From: Azolla caroliniana
Taxonomy: Eukaryota > Plantae > Polypodiophyta
Assembly (NCBI GenBank): GCA_043228905.1
Contig: JBHGNT010000009.1
Coordinates: 14,694,001-14,758,000 of the forward strand
Length of the DNA: 64,000 nt
Direction of reading: 5' to 3'
Below, in pieces: positions 1-11,927 of the stretch (position 1 is its first letter; each line of letters starts with the position of its first letter). The notes beneath the pieces were generated by a model. It saw only the letters and a program-made list of their open reading frames with translations. It was not told the DNA's origin and searched no databases. Made by a program: the position numbers and the translations under genes.

Positions 1-150
1 CAAGAACTATGGATCGGCAGTAAGCCGAATTACGACAAGCTGAGGATCTTCGGATGCGAGGCGTACGCCCTTATTCCGAAAGATGATCGCCGAAAACTTG
101 CACCTCGGTCCAGGAAATGCATTTTCCTTGGATATGGATCAGACGGCGAA

Positions 151-2088
151 ATGGGATACCGACTCTGGGACCCCGAACGCAGACAAATCGTTCGAAGTTC
201 GGACGTTGTGTTCAACGAGTCGGCTATGAATCCATCAGTCGAAACACCGATCGAAGTCCGAAGGGTAACATTTTCCGATGTGCCGACCCTTCAAGAAAGC
301 CCCGCTCTCAACACACGGTCAGCTTCACGGGTAGCTGAACCTTACACTACCGACTCGGACAACTCTGACTCGGCACAGCAGAATAATTCGCTTTCGGACC
401 GTCCGACCTCGATACCCGATACGACCAGTCCAATCATACCTCGACGATCCGAAAGACTGTCGCAACCTCCGGAGAGGTATTCTCCTGGAATTTTCTTCAC
501 CGACGCCGGCGAACCGACGTCTTACGAAGAAGCATCGACATCTGTCGATTCAGCCACCTGGCATCTGGCGATGGAGTCGGAAATGCACTCCATTCGGGCA
601 AACAAGACTTGGGATCTGGTCGAATTACCTAAGAATCGACGTGCTCTTCCTTGCAAGTGGGTCTATCGACTAAAAGAGACGTCTGATTCGACCACCCCAA
701 AGTACAAGGCCAGATTAGTTGCGAAGGGCTTCCGACAAGAATATGGCGTCGACTTCGACGAGATTTTTTCACCAGTGGTGAAAATGACAACCCTTCGTTT
801 TCTACTCGGCGTAGTGGCAGCCGACAACTTGGAGCTGATTCAGCTAGATGTCAAAACAGCCTTCCTCCATGGTGATCTTGAAGAGGAAATTTATATGGAG
901 CAGCCAAAAGGCTTCGTGGCAACTGGCCAAGAACATCTAGTCTGCCGACTCAGGAAGAGTCTATACGGCCTCAAACAGGCACCGCGACAATGGTACAAGA
1001 AGTTCGACGACTTCATCCAATCGATCGGCTTCTCAAAAAGCGATGAGGACCATTGTCTTTTTACCAACACAGCTCAAGATGGATCACCCATCTTCCTCAT
1101 CATTTACGTGGACGACATGCTAATTTCTGGACGCCATGCGGGCGAACTTGCCGATCTCATTCGGCAATTGCGGTTGAAGTTTGCCATGAAGGACCTCGGT
1201 CCGGCACGACACATACTTGGCATGAAGATTAGTCAGCATCGCGATAAACGACATCTTTTTTTGTCTCAGACCGACTATATCGGACGTGTCTTGGAACGCT
1301 TCAACATGCAATCAGCCAAATCTGCTTCAACCCCGCTCCCCATGAATCTTCGGCTCTCTCAGCGGGACTGCCCGACATCCGGTCCGGAGGGGGAAGATAT
1401 GAAGTCGGTACCGTATGCACCGGCAATCGACTCCCTCATGTACCTGATGGTCGCGACACGGCCTGATATTTCTCATGCCGTAGGAGTCGTTAGCAGATTT
1501 ATGCACAATCCTGGCCGATCGCATTGGAACGCAGTCAAGCATGTGTTCAAATATCTGGCTGGCACAAAAGACCACGGCATTCTTTTCGGTCCGAACTCAA
1601 CCTCAGGCGTAGTCGGTTACACCGACTCGGACTTCGCCGGCTGTATAGACAGTCGGAAATCAACAACTGGATACTGCTTCAAATTCGGCAATGGAGCAAT
1701 TTCGTGGAAGTCGAAACTTCAGGAGTGCACAACGACCTCAACGACCGAAGCAGAATATGTAGCTGCGTCCGACGCTGCAAAAGAAGCTTTGTGGCTCGGC
1801 CGGCTGGCGCACACGTTTCGACAAGTCGACCATGACTCGGCCCCAGTTGTCTATAGCGACAATCAAGGTGTTGTTGCCTTGTCGAAAAATCCGGTTCACC
1901 ACAACGCCTCCAAACATATCGACGTTCGATATCACTTCGTTCGGGACTGCGTCATTTCAGGGAAAATCGGTCTAGAGAAAATATCTACAACCGACAATGT
2001 TGCAGATGGAATGACCAAGTGTCTTTCGGCAGACCGCTTTCGGTCCCTTCGGCATCAAATGGGCGTAACGACAAACCAGTCCGGTTAG
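151..2088 (+). CDS. Copia polyprotein C-terminal part (RT + RNase H); the frame is open from before the window start
   Basis: Motifs KARLVAKGF, QLDVKTAFLHG, SLYGLKQAPRQW, YVDDML, YTDSDFAG, TTEAEY, KHIDVRYHF. Confidence 0.93.
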   Translation: MGYRLWDPERRQIVRSSDVVFNESAMNPSVETPIEVRRVTFSDVPTLQESPALNTRSASRVAEPYTTDSDNSDSAQQNNSLSDRPTSIPDTTSPIIPRRSERLSQPPERYSPGIFFTDAGEPTSYEEASTSVDSATWHLAMESEMHSIRANKTWDLVELPKNRRALPCKWVYRLKETSDSTTPKYKARLVAKGFRQEYGVDFDEIFSPVVKMTTLRFLLGVVAADNLELIQLDVKTAFLHGDLEEEIYMEQPKGFVATGQEHLVCRLRKSLYGLKQAPRQWYKKFDDFIQSIGFSKSDEDHCLFTNTAQDGSPIFLIIYVDDMLISGRHAGELADLIRQLRLKFAMKDLGPARHILGMKISQHRDKRHLFLSQTDYIGRVLERFNMQSAKSASTPLPMNLRLSQRDCPTSGPEGEDMKSVPYAPAIDSLMYLMVATRPDISHAVGVVSRFMHNPGRSHWNAVKHVFKYLAGTKDHGILFGPNSTSGVVGYTDSDFAGCIDSRKSTTGYCFKFGNGAISWKSKLQECTTTSTTEAEYVAASDAAKEALWLGRLAHTFRQVDHDSAPVVYSDNQGVVALSKNPVHHNASKHIDVRYHFVRDCVISGKIGLEKISTTDNVADGMTKCLSADRFRSLRHQMGVTTNQSG

Positions 2089-2282
2089 AGCCGGACACAG
2101 GGCAGGATGGTTTCGGACAACCGACATCAGTTCCTTAATGATCGGCTTCAACTCTTCCGACCCGACCAGTTCGGTCTTCTGCCTTCGGACCCTGCCGACT
2201 CGAACAAAAACTGATATGTCCGAGAACCTAGGTTTATACCTGTAATCTTAGATAACCCATGTATACGCCCATTACGGGGGAG

Positions 2283-2584
2283 TGTCGAATACAAGTGTAT
2301 AATGGACGTATTCACACTATCCCTTTGTATAGCTCAAGTTTGGGCCATTTGTGTAATTAGCATAAATGGTAGTTGCCCTAAGTCGGTCACTATATAAAGT
2401 GACCTAGTAACCTTTTTGTAAGGTTGGTTGTATTATTGTTTCTATTGAATAGAAAGAGTCTTGTGTGCCTCCTCTCTCTCTCTCTCTCTATCTCTGTGCA
2501 CGATCTTGGAAACTGTCATACGCAGGTACTCAACCCCAATCGAATGCTACTTGATCTTCCGCATTGACGGCCTTGTCTTCAACA
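2283..2584 (+). repeat. Copia 3' LTR (302 bp)
   Basis: TG...CA termini, directly after the PPT; TATA box and (CT)n tract. Confidence 0.85.
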
Positions 2585-3067
2585 CCAAGGAGTAACACAG
2601 TTTTTGGCAACGACGATTCCTGCTCAAGCGTAGTGAATAGCGGAGGGCATGGATGACCTCACCAACAAACGACCCAGTAATGGAGCGAGTGAGATGACTC
2701 GTCGAAAGACTACGGAAGCGCAAAGCGTACCACCAGGCGGCAGAAGAAATCCGCGTGGATCGATCCTTTTCAAAGGTGATCCGGCGAGTGGCTGCGGAGT
2801 CACTCCGTTTGCAGCAAAATTCCCATCTAGAAGAAGGAAGCAGTTTAAGTAGTCTGAAGGAAGCGGAATCCATCCTGCAGGCATTAGCAGCGGGAGAAGG
2901 CGATTCGGAACCATTTTCGGTGTTTGAATCGGATTCGAACAGCGAGTACAACTCACATTCGAATTAGTGCAACAGTCACGACACTCCGGACAGATTGGAG
3001 GACGAGGAATCGGATAATATACTAACACCGGAACTGGCGATAACAGAACTAGAAGCTTTCGGAAGGC

Positions 3068-6000
3068 ATGAGCGGATCAACCTCCGACACCACCACGCGA
3101 GCCTCCGAAGGAGGAGGATGGAAGACCTTTGACGCCGAAAAAAGAGGAGGAAAGACCAGATTTTTACAATTCTTCCACAAGGAGGTGGATCAACGAGAGA
3201 TGGTTGGCCTATTCTACACCATACGGCAGGAACCTACGGAAACCATTCAGCAATTCGTAATCCGGTTCCAGCAGATGCACAACCAACTAAGTCGGGCACC
3301 ACCGGAAGCTGAGGCTAAAGCAATATTCCTAGCAGCACTTCGGGAACCCCTATGTATGGTGTGCGCACTCATTGATTTCTGCACCAGCATGATCGACCAG
3401 GTCTTAGACCGGGTCAGGGACATGGAGAAAACAAGCTCGTGGCTAACAATGCGAGCACTCCAGCGTGCATTACCGACAGAAGAAGACCTAAGTTTTCGGC
3501 AAGCTATACAATGTACGACTTGTCTCAATGTCGGGCACTCTGCAATAGAATGTACCATGCGGTCATAGTGCATGTTATGCCATTCTAGGTCGCACACAAT
3601 GGACCGATGCGAATATAACTTACTGAACCGGCAAGCGGCATCGGTAAGACAAATCGATACCCACAACGACCGGGAAGAGGAAGAAGAACGTTGGCATCGA
3701 GACGAGCGTTACCGACCAGTACAGGATGTCCGGTACAACGACAGAAGGGACACTTATGACCGAGACTGGTACGACAAGTATCGGGATTATAATGGTAACC
3801 ATTCTGATCGTGATCACTCTCCAAGTTACAACCGGAGTAGAGAGGATCAACGTGGGGATTACGAAGATCGTCGCTGACAAGGATACAAGAACCATCGACG
3901 TTTTATTAAGAAACGAAACACCCGAAAGGAGGAGCGTCGAGAACCGGCGAAGGAATACCTACGAGAGTCGGAGAGAAGCTTGAGTGGCACCCAGCCAGAA
4001 CAAAGACGAACAGAAGAGCCTAATCGACCGGCAACAGGATTTCAACCAAGTACCGGGCCAAAAGCAAAATACATCAATACCTGGAAAGCGTATTGTTATT
4101 ATTGCCGGCTGGAAGGCCATTACAGCAACCAATGCCCGGTGAAACGTATCGAAAAACGACCGACAATCAATATGGTGGTAGCAGAGGCCGTGGATATACA
4201 GAAAGTCACCACCAGGTCAAAAGGAAAGACGACGGAGTGGGAAGCACAAGAGGCTATCCGGAAACAGGCCACCGAATGGGTAGTAGAGAAAGCGAATAAG
4301 CAGAATGCGGTTGAAGTCAAACAACAAAAGGAGGCACCGACGGAGCTCACCGACACAATACAGTAAGAAAACCCAACATGGCAGGTGTTATAGGAATGTC
4401 AAATTACGTTGCCATTAGGCCGACTACAACAATTAGTAGCCCGGTTCACGGATGGGCTGAAATCGGCAATAACACCACCAGACTCGTCGTCGGCTCCGGC
4501 TTTCTCTTCCAACCCAGAGGAAGAGCCAGTGGTGGTGGACACAATCAGTCCGGCAATCACTTCCATTGTCAAAGGACGCGAGCTACCAGGGACGATCGTC
4601 GACAAAGGATTGGGCGTCAATGTAATCAGCCTCCGTACTTGTGATACCCTAGGAATCCAAGAGTGGGAGCCTTGCCCGTTTTGGCTCCGAATGGCAGATA
4701 CGAGTTCGATAAGACCCATTGGTTTAATACGAGATCTGGAGGTAACAATTGGAGGACATGCATTCCGCATTTCTACAGTGGTGTTCTCCAGTTAAATACC
4801 CAAGGGGCTTACCCACTATTGCTTGGACTACCATGGTTGCGGACGGCGCACATTAAGCAAAACTGGCGAAAGAACGTGATTATGTTCCGACAAGGCAAAA
4901 CCAAAGTACGGGTACCGACATATCCACAAACCGGAACCGGCAAAGAGTTAACACTGTTATACGCTGAAAGCGTTAATATGTTGGAAGGGCTCGCCGACGA
5001 GGAAGTCGAGCAGTATCTCGAGGATAATCCAAAAATCGTACCCTTGTTCAAAATAGATGTGGCCGAAGCAGTATCTACGTATCTTGCACAACCGGAAGAT
5101 GCCGGAGAGGAACCAGATAGAGATGCCATCAGAGAACTACGTCAAGCACAGGAGGCCCTGGAACAGGAAATGGCGGTATCTCAAAGGGTGAAGGCGTCCC
5201 AGCTAGAAGAAGTAAACTTGGGAACTAGAGAGGAAGTACAACCAGTACATATTGCCAAAGAAATGTCACAGGAAAACAAAACGGCAATGATTACATTATT
5301 GAAAGAATTCTGGGACGTATTTGCTTGGTCCTATGAGGATATGCGAGGACTGGATCCGTAGTTGTATCAACATCAGATACATCTCAGCAAAGACGTACCG
5401 AATGAACCCTAATTATGCAGTAAGGGTAAAAGAAGAGATTGACAAGGTACTCTGAGTCGGTTTTATCCGGCCGGTAAAGAAAGCCACATGGTTGACTCCA
5501 ATAGTCGCCATGCCCAAGAAGAACGGGAAGATCCGGGTGTGCCTCAATTACCGAAAACTGAATGTTGCGACGGTGACCAATGCCTTTCCACTTCCATTCA
5601 CGGATGGAGTTCTGGATGCGGTAGCCGGTCATGAGGTATATAGCTTCCTAGACAAATTCAGCGGTTACAATCAAATACGGATGCACCCCGATGACCAAGA
5701 AAAGACGACGTTCGTTACCGAGTGGGGAGTTTTTGTTGCCGTAGTGATGATGTTTGGACTCAAGACGACACCGGCTACCTTTCAGCGGATAATCATGGAA
5801 ATATTTGGAGAGCTCATCCCAGCGTTTATGCAGGTGTTCCTAGATGACTTCGTGGTGTATAGCCAGCAAGGGGAACACCGAGACCATCTCCGGTTATGTG
5901 TGTTCGGGGTGACTAGTGGTACGCTACTTGGCCATATTGTCAGCAAGGACGGGATAGCAGTAGACCCTGACAAAGTCAGGGCAATTCTGGAAGAGATGAA

Positions 6001-7303
6001 CAGAGACGATCGGAAATGATTGGCGGTCCAAAGCTGGCATTTTTATTTATTACAGGACACCCTATACCACAAGGGAGTTGATGGAATATGGCGGAGAGCA
6101 GTGCGGAGTGATGAAAAGGACACCATATTACGGGAAGCACATTGTGGAGTCGTCGGAGGACACTATGCTGGTGAAGCTACAACAAGAAAGATATGGCGTA
6201 TAGGGCTATGGTGGCCAATGAAACTGAAAGATTCGGTCCGATATACGAAGGAATGTGATTTGTGTCAACGAATGGGCCAACCGACAGAACAGGCGTGGAT
6301 GCCTCACTAGTCGGTACTAACCTTGGAACCATTTCAAAAATGGGGGTTGGACTTCGATGGACCATTCAAGCCGCCAACCATGCGAACCGGCAACAGATAT
6401 GTCATTGTCGCTACGAATTATTGCACCAAGTGGGTAGAGGCCAAGGCTTTGCGAGACAATACCGCGGCATCAACGGCAAAGTTCCTTTACGAGTACATCT
6501 GGTGCCGTTACGGATGTCCAATCGAATTAATTAGCGACCAAGGTGGACACTTCCTCAGTCGGTCAAGTAGTGGAGAGCCTAACAACATTCTAAGCGGTAG
6601 TACACAAGCGCAACACTTCGTACTACCCGCAGGCCAATGGACTGGTCGAGTCCACCAACAAGACACTACAGAACATCCTCTAGAAGATCGTCAACGAGAA
6701 CCAAACCGATTGGGACACGAAGTTGCACAGTGCATTATGGGCTTATTAGACGGCGTATAAAACGAGCATCAGGACGACACCATTCCGGTTAGCGTTCGGA
6801 CTAGAAGCGGTGATGCCAATTGAATTTCAAGTACCGAGCTTACGGATACAGGTTCGGGAACGACTGAGTGAAAAGGAATCAGAGAAAATCTTATTGGCGG
6901 CACTATGTGAGCTTGAAGAGCATCAGATAGCGAGTATCATGCAGTTGGAACTGGAGCAGCGACGAAGGAAGGCATTCGTCGACCGGCACCGGAAGGGCAA
7001 TGAGAAGTTGTTCGGAATCGGCAAGCCGGTGCTCGTGTTTCAGACCAGGATGGGTAAGATGTGGGCAAGCTAAGATTCCGATGGACCGGACCATACTGGA
7101 TCATGCGAGAATTCAACGGTTCTTACCAGTTAGGCACACTTGCCGGCGAAGTACTGGACAAATGGGTAAATGGGTTCCGGCTTAAACCCTATTACGGGCC
7201 CATGCCACCAAACCCATTTCATCAGGTGGAGACCGACGCGGTAACCGGAAGCAGCAAGCAATTGGCCGGCAACCAAGAGGAGCCGGTGTTACCAGACAAC
7301 TAG
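3068..7303 (+). pseudogene. Gypsy A gag-pol with stops and frameshifts; RNase H deleted
   Basis: Three CCHC knuckles (CTTCLNVGHSAIEC, CMLCHSRSHTMDRC, CYYCRLEGHYSNQC); degenerate protease IVDKGLGVNVI; RT PKKNGKIRVC...FLDDF; integrase GGHY...CDLCQR, KWGLDF, RWTGPY. Relative to element D it jumps from RT (AIL) to EEMNRD at about 5990. Confidence 0.9.
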
Positions 7304-7511
7304 AACTAATGCTTAAAAAACAAAAAAATTCATCATGCATAGGCGGGCACTTTGAAAAGGTATGCAGTTGGTGGCTAATTAAAGCCTATTTAAAAGCACA
7401 CCACGTGTTAACCGACTGTTATTATAGTACACGACGTGCATGCGTGGGAATCGAGAACAGAGCACTAAGCGCACACAAGCGATTAAGAGTGATCAGACGA
7501 ACGCAAGAAGA

Positions 7512-10342
7512 ATGCACAGACGAATACCAATTCTACCAAGTCCCACAGACTCAGACGACGATATGGAACACATGGCACTCTCGGAAGCGGCCAAGAAATG
7601 GTTCAAGCAACACGGGTTGGAAGGGTTCCTAAGAATTGTCGAGGCAAAGAAATTCGTGCAGGAGATCGATACGGAGGTCATCACAAAAGAGACCATCCGC
7701 GCCATGACTAGCTTACCGGAGGGCGGAATATTCTCGATCGACAACCCTTCACCGGAGATGCTTACGAAGTTCTTTGGTGAGTACTCCCTGGCCAACAAGG
7801 CGTACTGCACACAAGGCGGCGAGGACGCTCTATTCCGAGAAGTCGCTCGTGTGCTTCATGAGTATGGGCATGTACACCCTCGACCCCCGGCTATGCCAAA
7901 GAACAGAGCCTGTTTTATTATAGTGACTTATGAGGGAGTATAGGTGGATTGGCCGGTGATCATCGTTGACGGTCTAAGCGCAGCCATAGACTCAATAAAG
8001 GATGGCAAGAAGATGGGGACGGCGGTGGCGCAATGGCTCACTTTTTTACCGCCGCCGGTAGAGCCAATACAGCCGAAGAAGCGGGGGAGACTGACTGAAT
8101 CAACCCCCAACCAATCTTCAAAAAGGCAGCAACTCCTGGCTAAACAAGCGATCGGATGGAAAGCGGTCGGCTCCTCACAGAATGCGAAGGAGTAGCCTAG
8201 TCAGAAGCGTACGACAGAGAAGGAGACATCGGTGGAAACACGGGTGAGACCCTTAAAAATTAAGCTGCGTTAGCCGGAACGGCAATCGAAACAACAGGAG
8301 AAAGACCCCTTGGTGGCGTTAATCAATAGCGAAACCCTAGAAGAGGAGCAGGAAGAAGAACTTGTCAGGCACCTATTACGTCACAAACAGAGACGTGACA
8401 AGGGCCACAAAGGGGAGGAATCAAGTCCGGTAAAGGACAGTATACCAAAGCCCCGCCCCGAGGAGCCGCAGCCAAGGAGTCAAAACCGGTTCAACTAGAT
8501 TCCGTGTTAGAAGCACTTGTGCGGCAAGAAATAGCGGAACTAGATGTTCAAAAACCGGTGATTGAATTGCTGGTGTCGCCAATGCATCAGCAACAGCAAG
8601 AGCAGGTACTGCCGCTAACTACCTAGAATAGGTTCCCGGCAAGTGAGGAAGCCACACCACGACCAGAACCGGCACGGCAACAAAGCACCGGCAGCCAATG
8701 GCTATGGTGGATAGGAGAACAAGTGGCCGGGGTGGTGTGCCACATAGAAGCAGAAGAAAAAGCACACGTGGACCGGTTGCTCGCCACAACCAAAGAACTA
8801 GAGAAGGCCCGGTCGAGAATCCGGAGCATGGAACAAGAAATGGAAAAGACCATAGAAGAGGCGGCTAAGTTAGGCAGCGAAGGACCAAAACAATTACAAC
8901 CAGTGGCACTGATGAGTGTTCAGAATAATAAGACCCCGGTGACTAAAACAGTCCCGGATACGAATAAGGCACAGGAACAAGAACTCACCACGTTGAAAGA
9001 AGAATTGGCAGCCCAAGAGGCCTTAAGGGCTAGAGAATGTGAATGGAAGAAGGCGGCGGAGGAAGAACAAAAGAAATTAGCTGAAAGCCTCCGGCGAGCC
9101 GAAGAAAGCCTGCGAAAAGGTTATCAAGCATATGACCGACTAAAGGAAGAAAAAGAAAAACTCATGCAGGAAAAGGACAAACTCCGGCACTTAGCAGAAG
9201 TAGAGATAGAGTGACTCAAGGAAGAGCTCCGACAACAAAAGGACCGGGAAGATCGTGCTCGCCATCTGATCAATCAAAGGTTGAAACAAAAAACGGACGA
9301 CTTTGATTGGCTGCACCGGGATCACAAACAATTGGATGCGGAACACAAGAAATTGATCATCGAAAGTGACCGGCAGCAGGAGAAGTTACGGGAACTTCGG
9401 GATGAGGTTAACTAGACAACAGCAGCCCTGGCAGAGGAACAGTCAAAGGGGGCTGAAGCAATGAAAAGACTGGCAGAAGCGGCGAAAGAACGGATGGAGC
9501 TGACCCGGCAGCACTATGAGGAAACGGAACGCACTACAATGGCTTTGAACAAAGTTCAGACTACCTATCAAACACAACTCATGCACTACAAAAGCCAAGA
9601 AGAGGAAACCCCGCACCTTATCAAACAATTGAAAGACGAAAAACAGGCCGCGGAAAATAAGTCGAAGATGGGGCTAGGGTGAGTCTGTGATTTGGTGCTG
9701 ACATGGAGAAACCGGACGAAGAGACTGGTGGAAGAAATTTTGGTTCAATGGTGGTCTAAACGGGCTAAGCAGGCAGTGGCGTTACAATTGTTGAGAGCGG
9801 ATGCGGACAACCAGAGGAAGGACGGCGACGATTTCTATAAACTGGACGCAGAGAACATTGTAGCCATAAGGGAGGAATTGTCGGACGACTTCCTATTGTT
9901 AGCCGGGGAGCAATTGGTAGCGGTGAGGCGATTGGTGGAACGGTTGGACGACAACCAGCTGGATACACAACTCCAGTTCGAGCAGTATGAACGAGAATGG
10001 CAACGGCAAGAGGTGGCCAAAAGAACTACGACGATCAATATCAGTGACGAAGAGCAGTCTTCGAAGCAGGCGTCGAATGAAGCTAGAACTGGGGGAAGCC
10101 AACCGAACAAAACTCCAGAGGATCAGCCGAAGAAGGAAAACCTGCACACCGGAAACCATCACCAGGAGGAACCCAAACCAACAGAACTAGAACCGGAAGC
10201 CTCAAGACCAGTGGAACTGGAGAAACTAGAGCAGCAACAGCAGCAGCGGGACCAGCAGTAGCAGACGACGATGGAGCAACTACCCGATGAGCATTTAGAA
10301 CCCTTGGACCAAAGCATTCTGGACATTTTGGAGGAAGATTGA
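7512..10342 (+). pseudogene. Gypsy A extra ORF (about 940 codons, coiled-coil protein of unknown function), interrupted by stops
   Basis: Consecutive ORF pieces between 7440 and 10342 are homologous to 16250-19001 and 59248-60370 (AY.TQGGE..LF.EVAR; LQ.LRAD..N..K.GD..Y; C-terminal QSILDILEED). Confidence 0.8.
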
Positions 10343-10395
10343 AGGGCGAACCGTGGGATTCGATGTACAAGGTACTGTCCCACGGGCGTGCCATG

Positions 10396-10869
10396 TGTTG
10401 ACCGGCAAAGACTTAAAAGCCGGATAAAGTCCAGAATGAGAAAGGGATAATTATTTTAGAACCAGGAGTTGTTATCTAAAATTATTATATTTTGAGAAGT
10501 GAACTCGGAATCGGTATGCCGATACGGATCCAGACCGGTTCATGGCCAGTTGCCGGTTGGCACTGGTTTGTAACCCAGAGCCGGTGACTATAAAAGGACC
10601 CGGTTAGATTGTAATCAGATAGCAGTTTATTAATGAAAGTGTCGTTGTTCTACATCTTGTTTAATCTTTGAAGCTTTAGTTAATTATCATTCTATGCTTA
10701 ATAGAATCTATCTTACGCGTGTATTATGATCATTAACCATGCCGGTTAGTAGCCGGTTAGGAATACGCTGGTATCACAATCTACGCCTACCCCACTTGCA
10801 CCACCCCTTTGGTGAAGTGTCCTAGAGGGACACCCTGTGTTAGGGCTAGTCCTGCCCCAAGGAGTAACA
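10396..10869 (+). repeat. Gypsy A 3' LTR (474 bp)
   Basis: TGTTG...TAACA; TATAAAAGG near 10589; U3 and U5 motifs shared with the LTRs of B and D. Confidence 0.9.
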
Positions 10870-11927
10870 TGATTGACCACGGTTCCGAAATCAACTTGAT
10901 GTCCATGGACTTCTATAGAAAGGGGCAGTGACCGATCAACACCAAGCACGGCTGGAAATACGCACAGCGACATGCGCTATGGAGGAGCCAAGATGGACGA
11001 CACTCCGTCCAATTCCTGACAGTGCGACTGAACCACGAGCGTAACCGCGAGACCCCCGGCAGCGATGGCCGAGGGGATTTTTAGAGAGGGCTATCAAGGC
11101 GTGGGGCCGCGATAGTCTGGACACTCCGGAGAAACCCCACACGTGTACCATAGGTAGGAAATTTTGGTTCTCCGATAGCAGAGGTTGTACGATAATCGGC
11201 ATCAGCAGCCGGGAAAGGAAGCGGGCGTACGGAGCCCTCAGCCCCGACGAAGAGATTGGCGGTGCCGTGGAGGCAGTCTCTTTCAATGAGACCCTAGGAG
11301 AGATAGGGAAGGTGGTCGAAGAAGGCCTCAGCGAAGACCAGGTGATTCCGGTTGGTTCTGTGGAGATGTACAAAGTCATTGCCGACTTCGGGATGAAGGC
11401 CGAGTCGGATCGGACAGCCTGCGTAGACACGAGGTACAAGACTGTGGACCAGAAGATGAGGCCAATCCCAGCATCCTTGCCGGAGGACAGCGAAGTACGG
11501 ATGAAAGGGGTCACGTCGGACCCAAGCTTACGAAATCCGGCCGGTATAGGGCATCGGTTCACCGACAGAACGCTATGGGAGCTCAAGGTTGGTGGGGGTG
11601 GCTTTCTACTTCCAGTGGAGGAGGATCGGTTTCGGAGGATGCTCGAGAGGCACGGGAAGGCCTTTGCATTCTCACCATAGGAGATCAGGTGCGTGGACCC
11701 GGTGATCGTAGAACCGATGGTTATCTTCACGGTACCACATGTGTCGTGGAATCTCAAACCGATTCTGGTACCCAGAGCTCACATCCCGAAGTTGATGGAA
11801 CTACTGAAGCAAAAGGTGGAGATGGGCATCCTCGAGCCTCGAGTGCCCCATATTCGAGTCATTGGTTTACCATGCCCAAGAAGAACGGCACGTTGCGCTT
11901 CATTCAAGACCTGCAACCGGTCAAGAG

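Larger units (their letters stand above)
1..2584 (+). mobile_element. Ty1/Copia LTR retrotransposon, 3' part (integrase tail, RT, RNase H, PPT, 3' LTR); inserted into the 5' LTR of Gypsy A
   Basis: Open pol frame to 2088; PPT GGGGGAG at 2276-2282; LTR TGTCGAA...TTCAACA at 2283-2584 with TATATAAA. It is followed by CCAAGGAGTAACA, the last 13 nt of the Gypsy A LTR. Confidence 0.93.
2585..10869 (+). mobile_element. Gypsy A: non-chromoviral Ty3/Gypsy (Phygy/OTA-like) with an extra 3' ORF, degenerate; inserted into the protease region of Gypsy C
   Basis: 5' LTR tail 2585-2597 is identical to the 3' LTR end; PBS-like TGGCAACGAC at 2605; order gag-PR-RT-INT; extra ORF; 3' LTR 10396-10869. Confidence 0.9.

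Noticed and set aside
7512-10342. Extra ORF as a retroviral-type env
   Set aside because: No signal peptide or clear transmembrane segment; it is charged, coiled-coil and has an NLS-like motif.
10351-10395. Bona fide tRNA gene
   Set aside because: Only a 3'-end match with an insertion and encoded CCA; no D arm, anticodon arm or A box.
2585-10869. Element simply oriented on the minus strand (which would explain the antisense PBS)
   Set aside because: The LTR TATA, gag-pol and a 5' PBS-like site are all on the plus strand, and there is no PPT on the minus strand beside the other LTR.
10936-11757. 273-aa minus-strand ORF and similar antisense ORFs over pol regions
   Set aside because: Shadow frames of GC-rich retroelement coding sequence without recognisable motifs.
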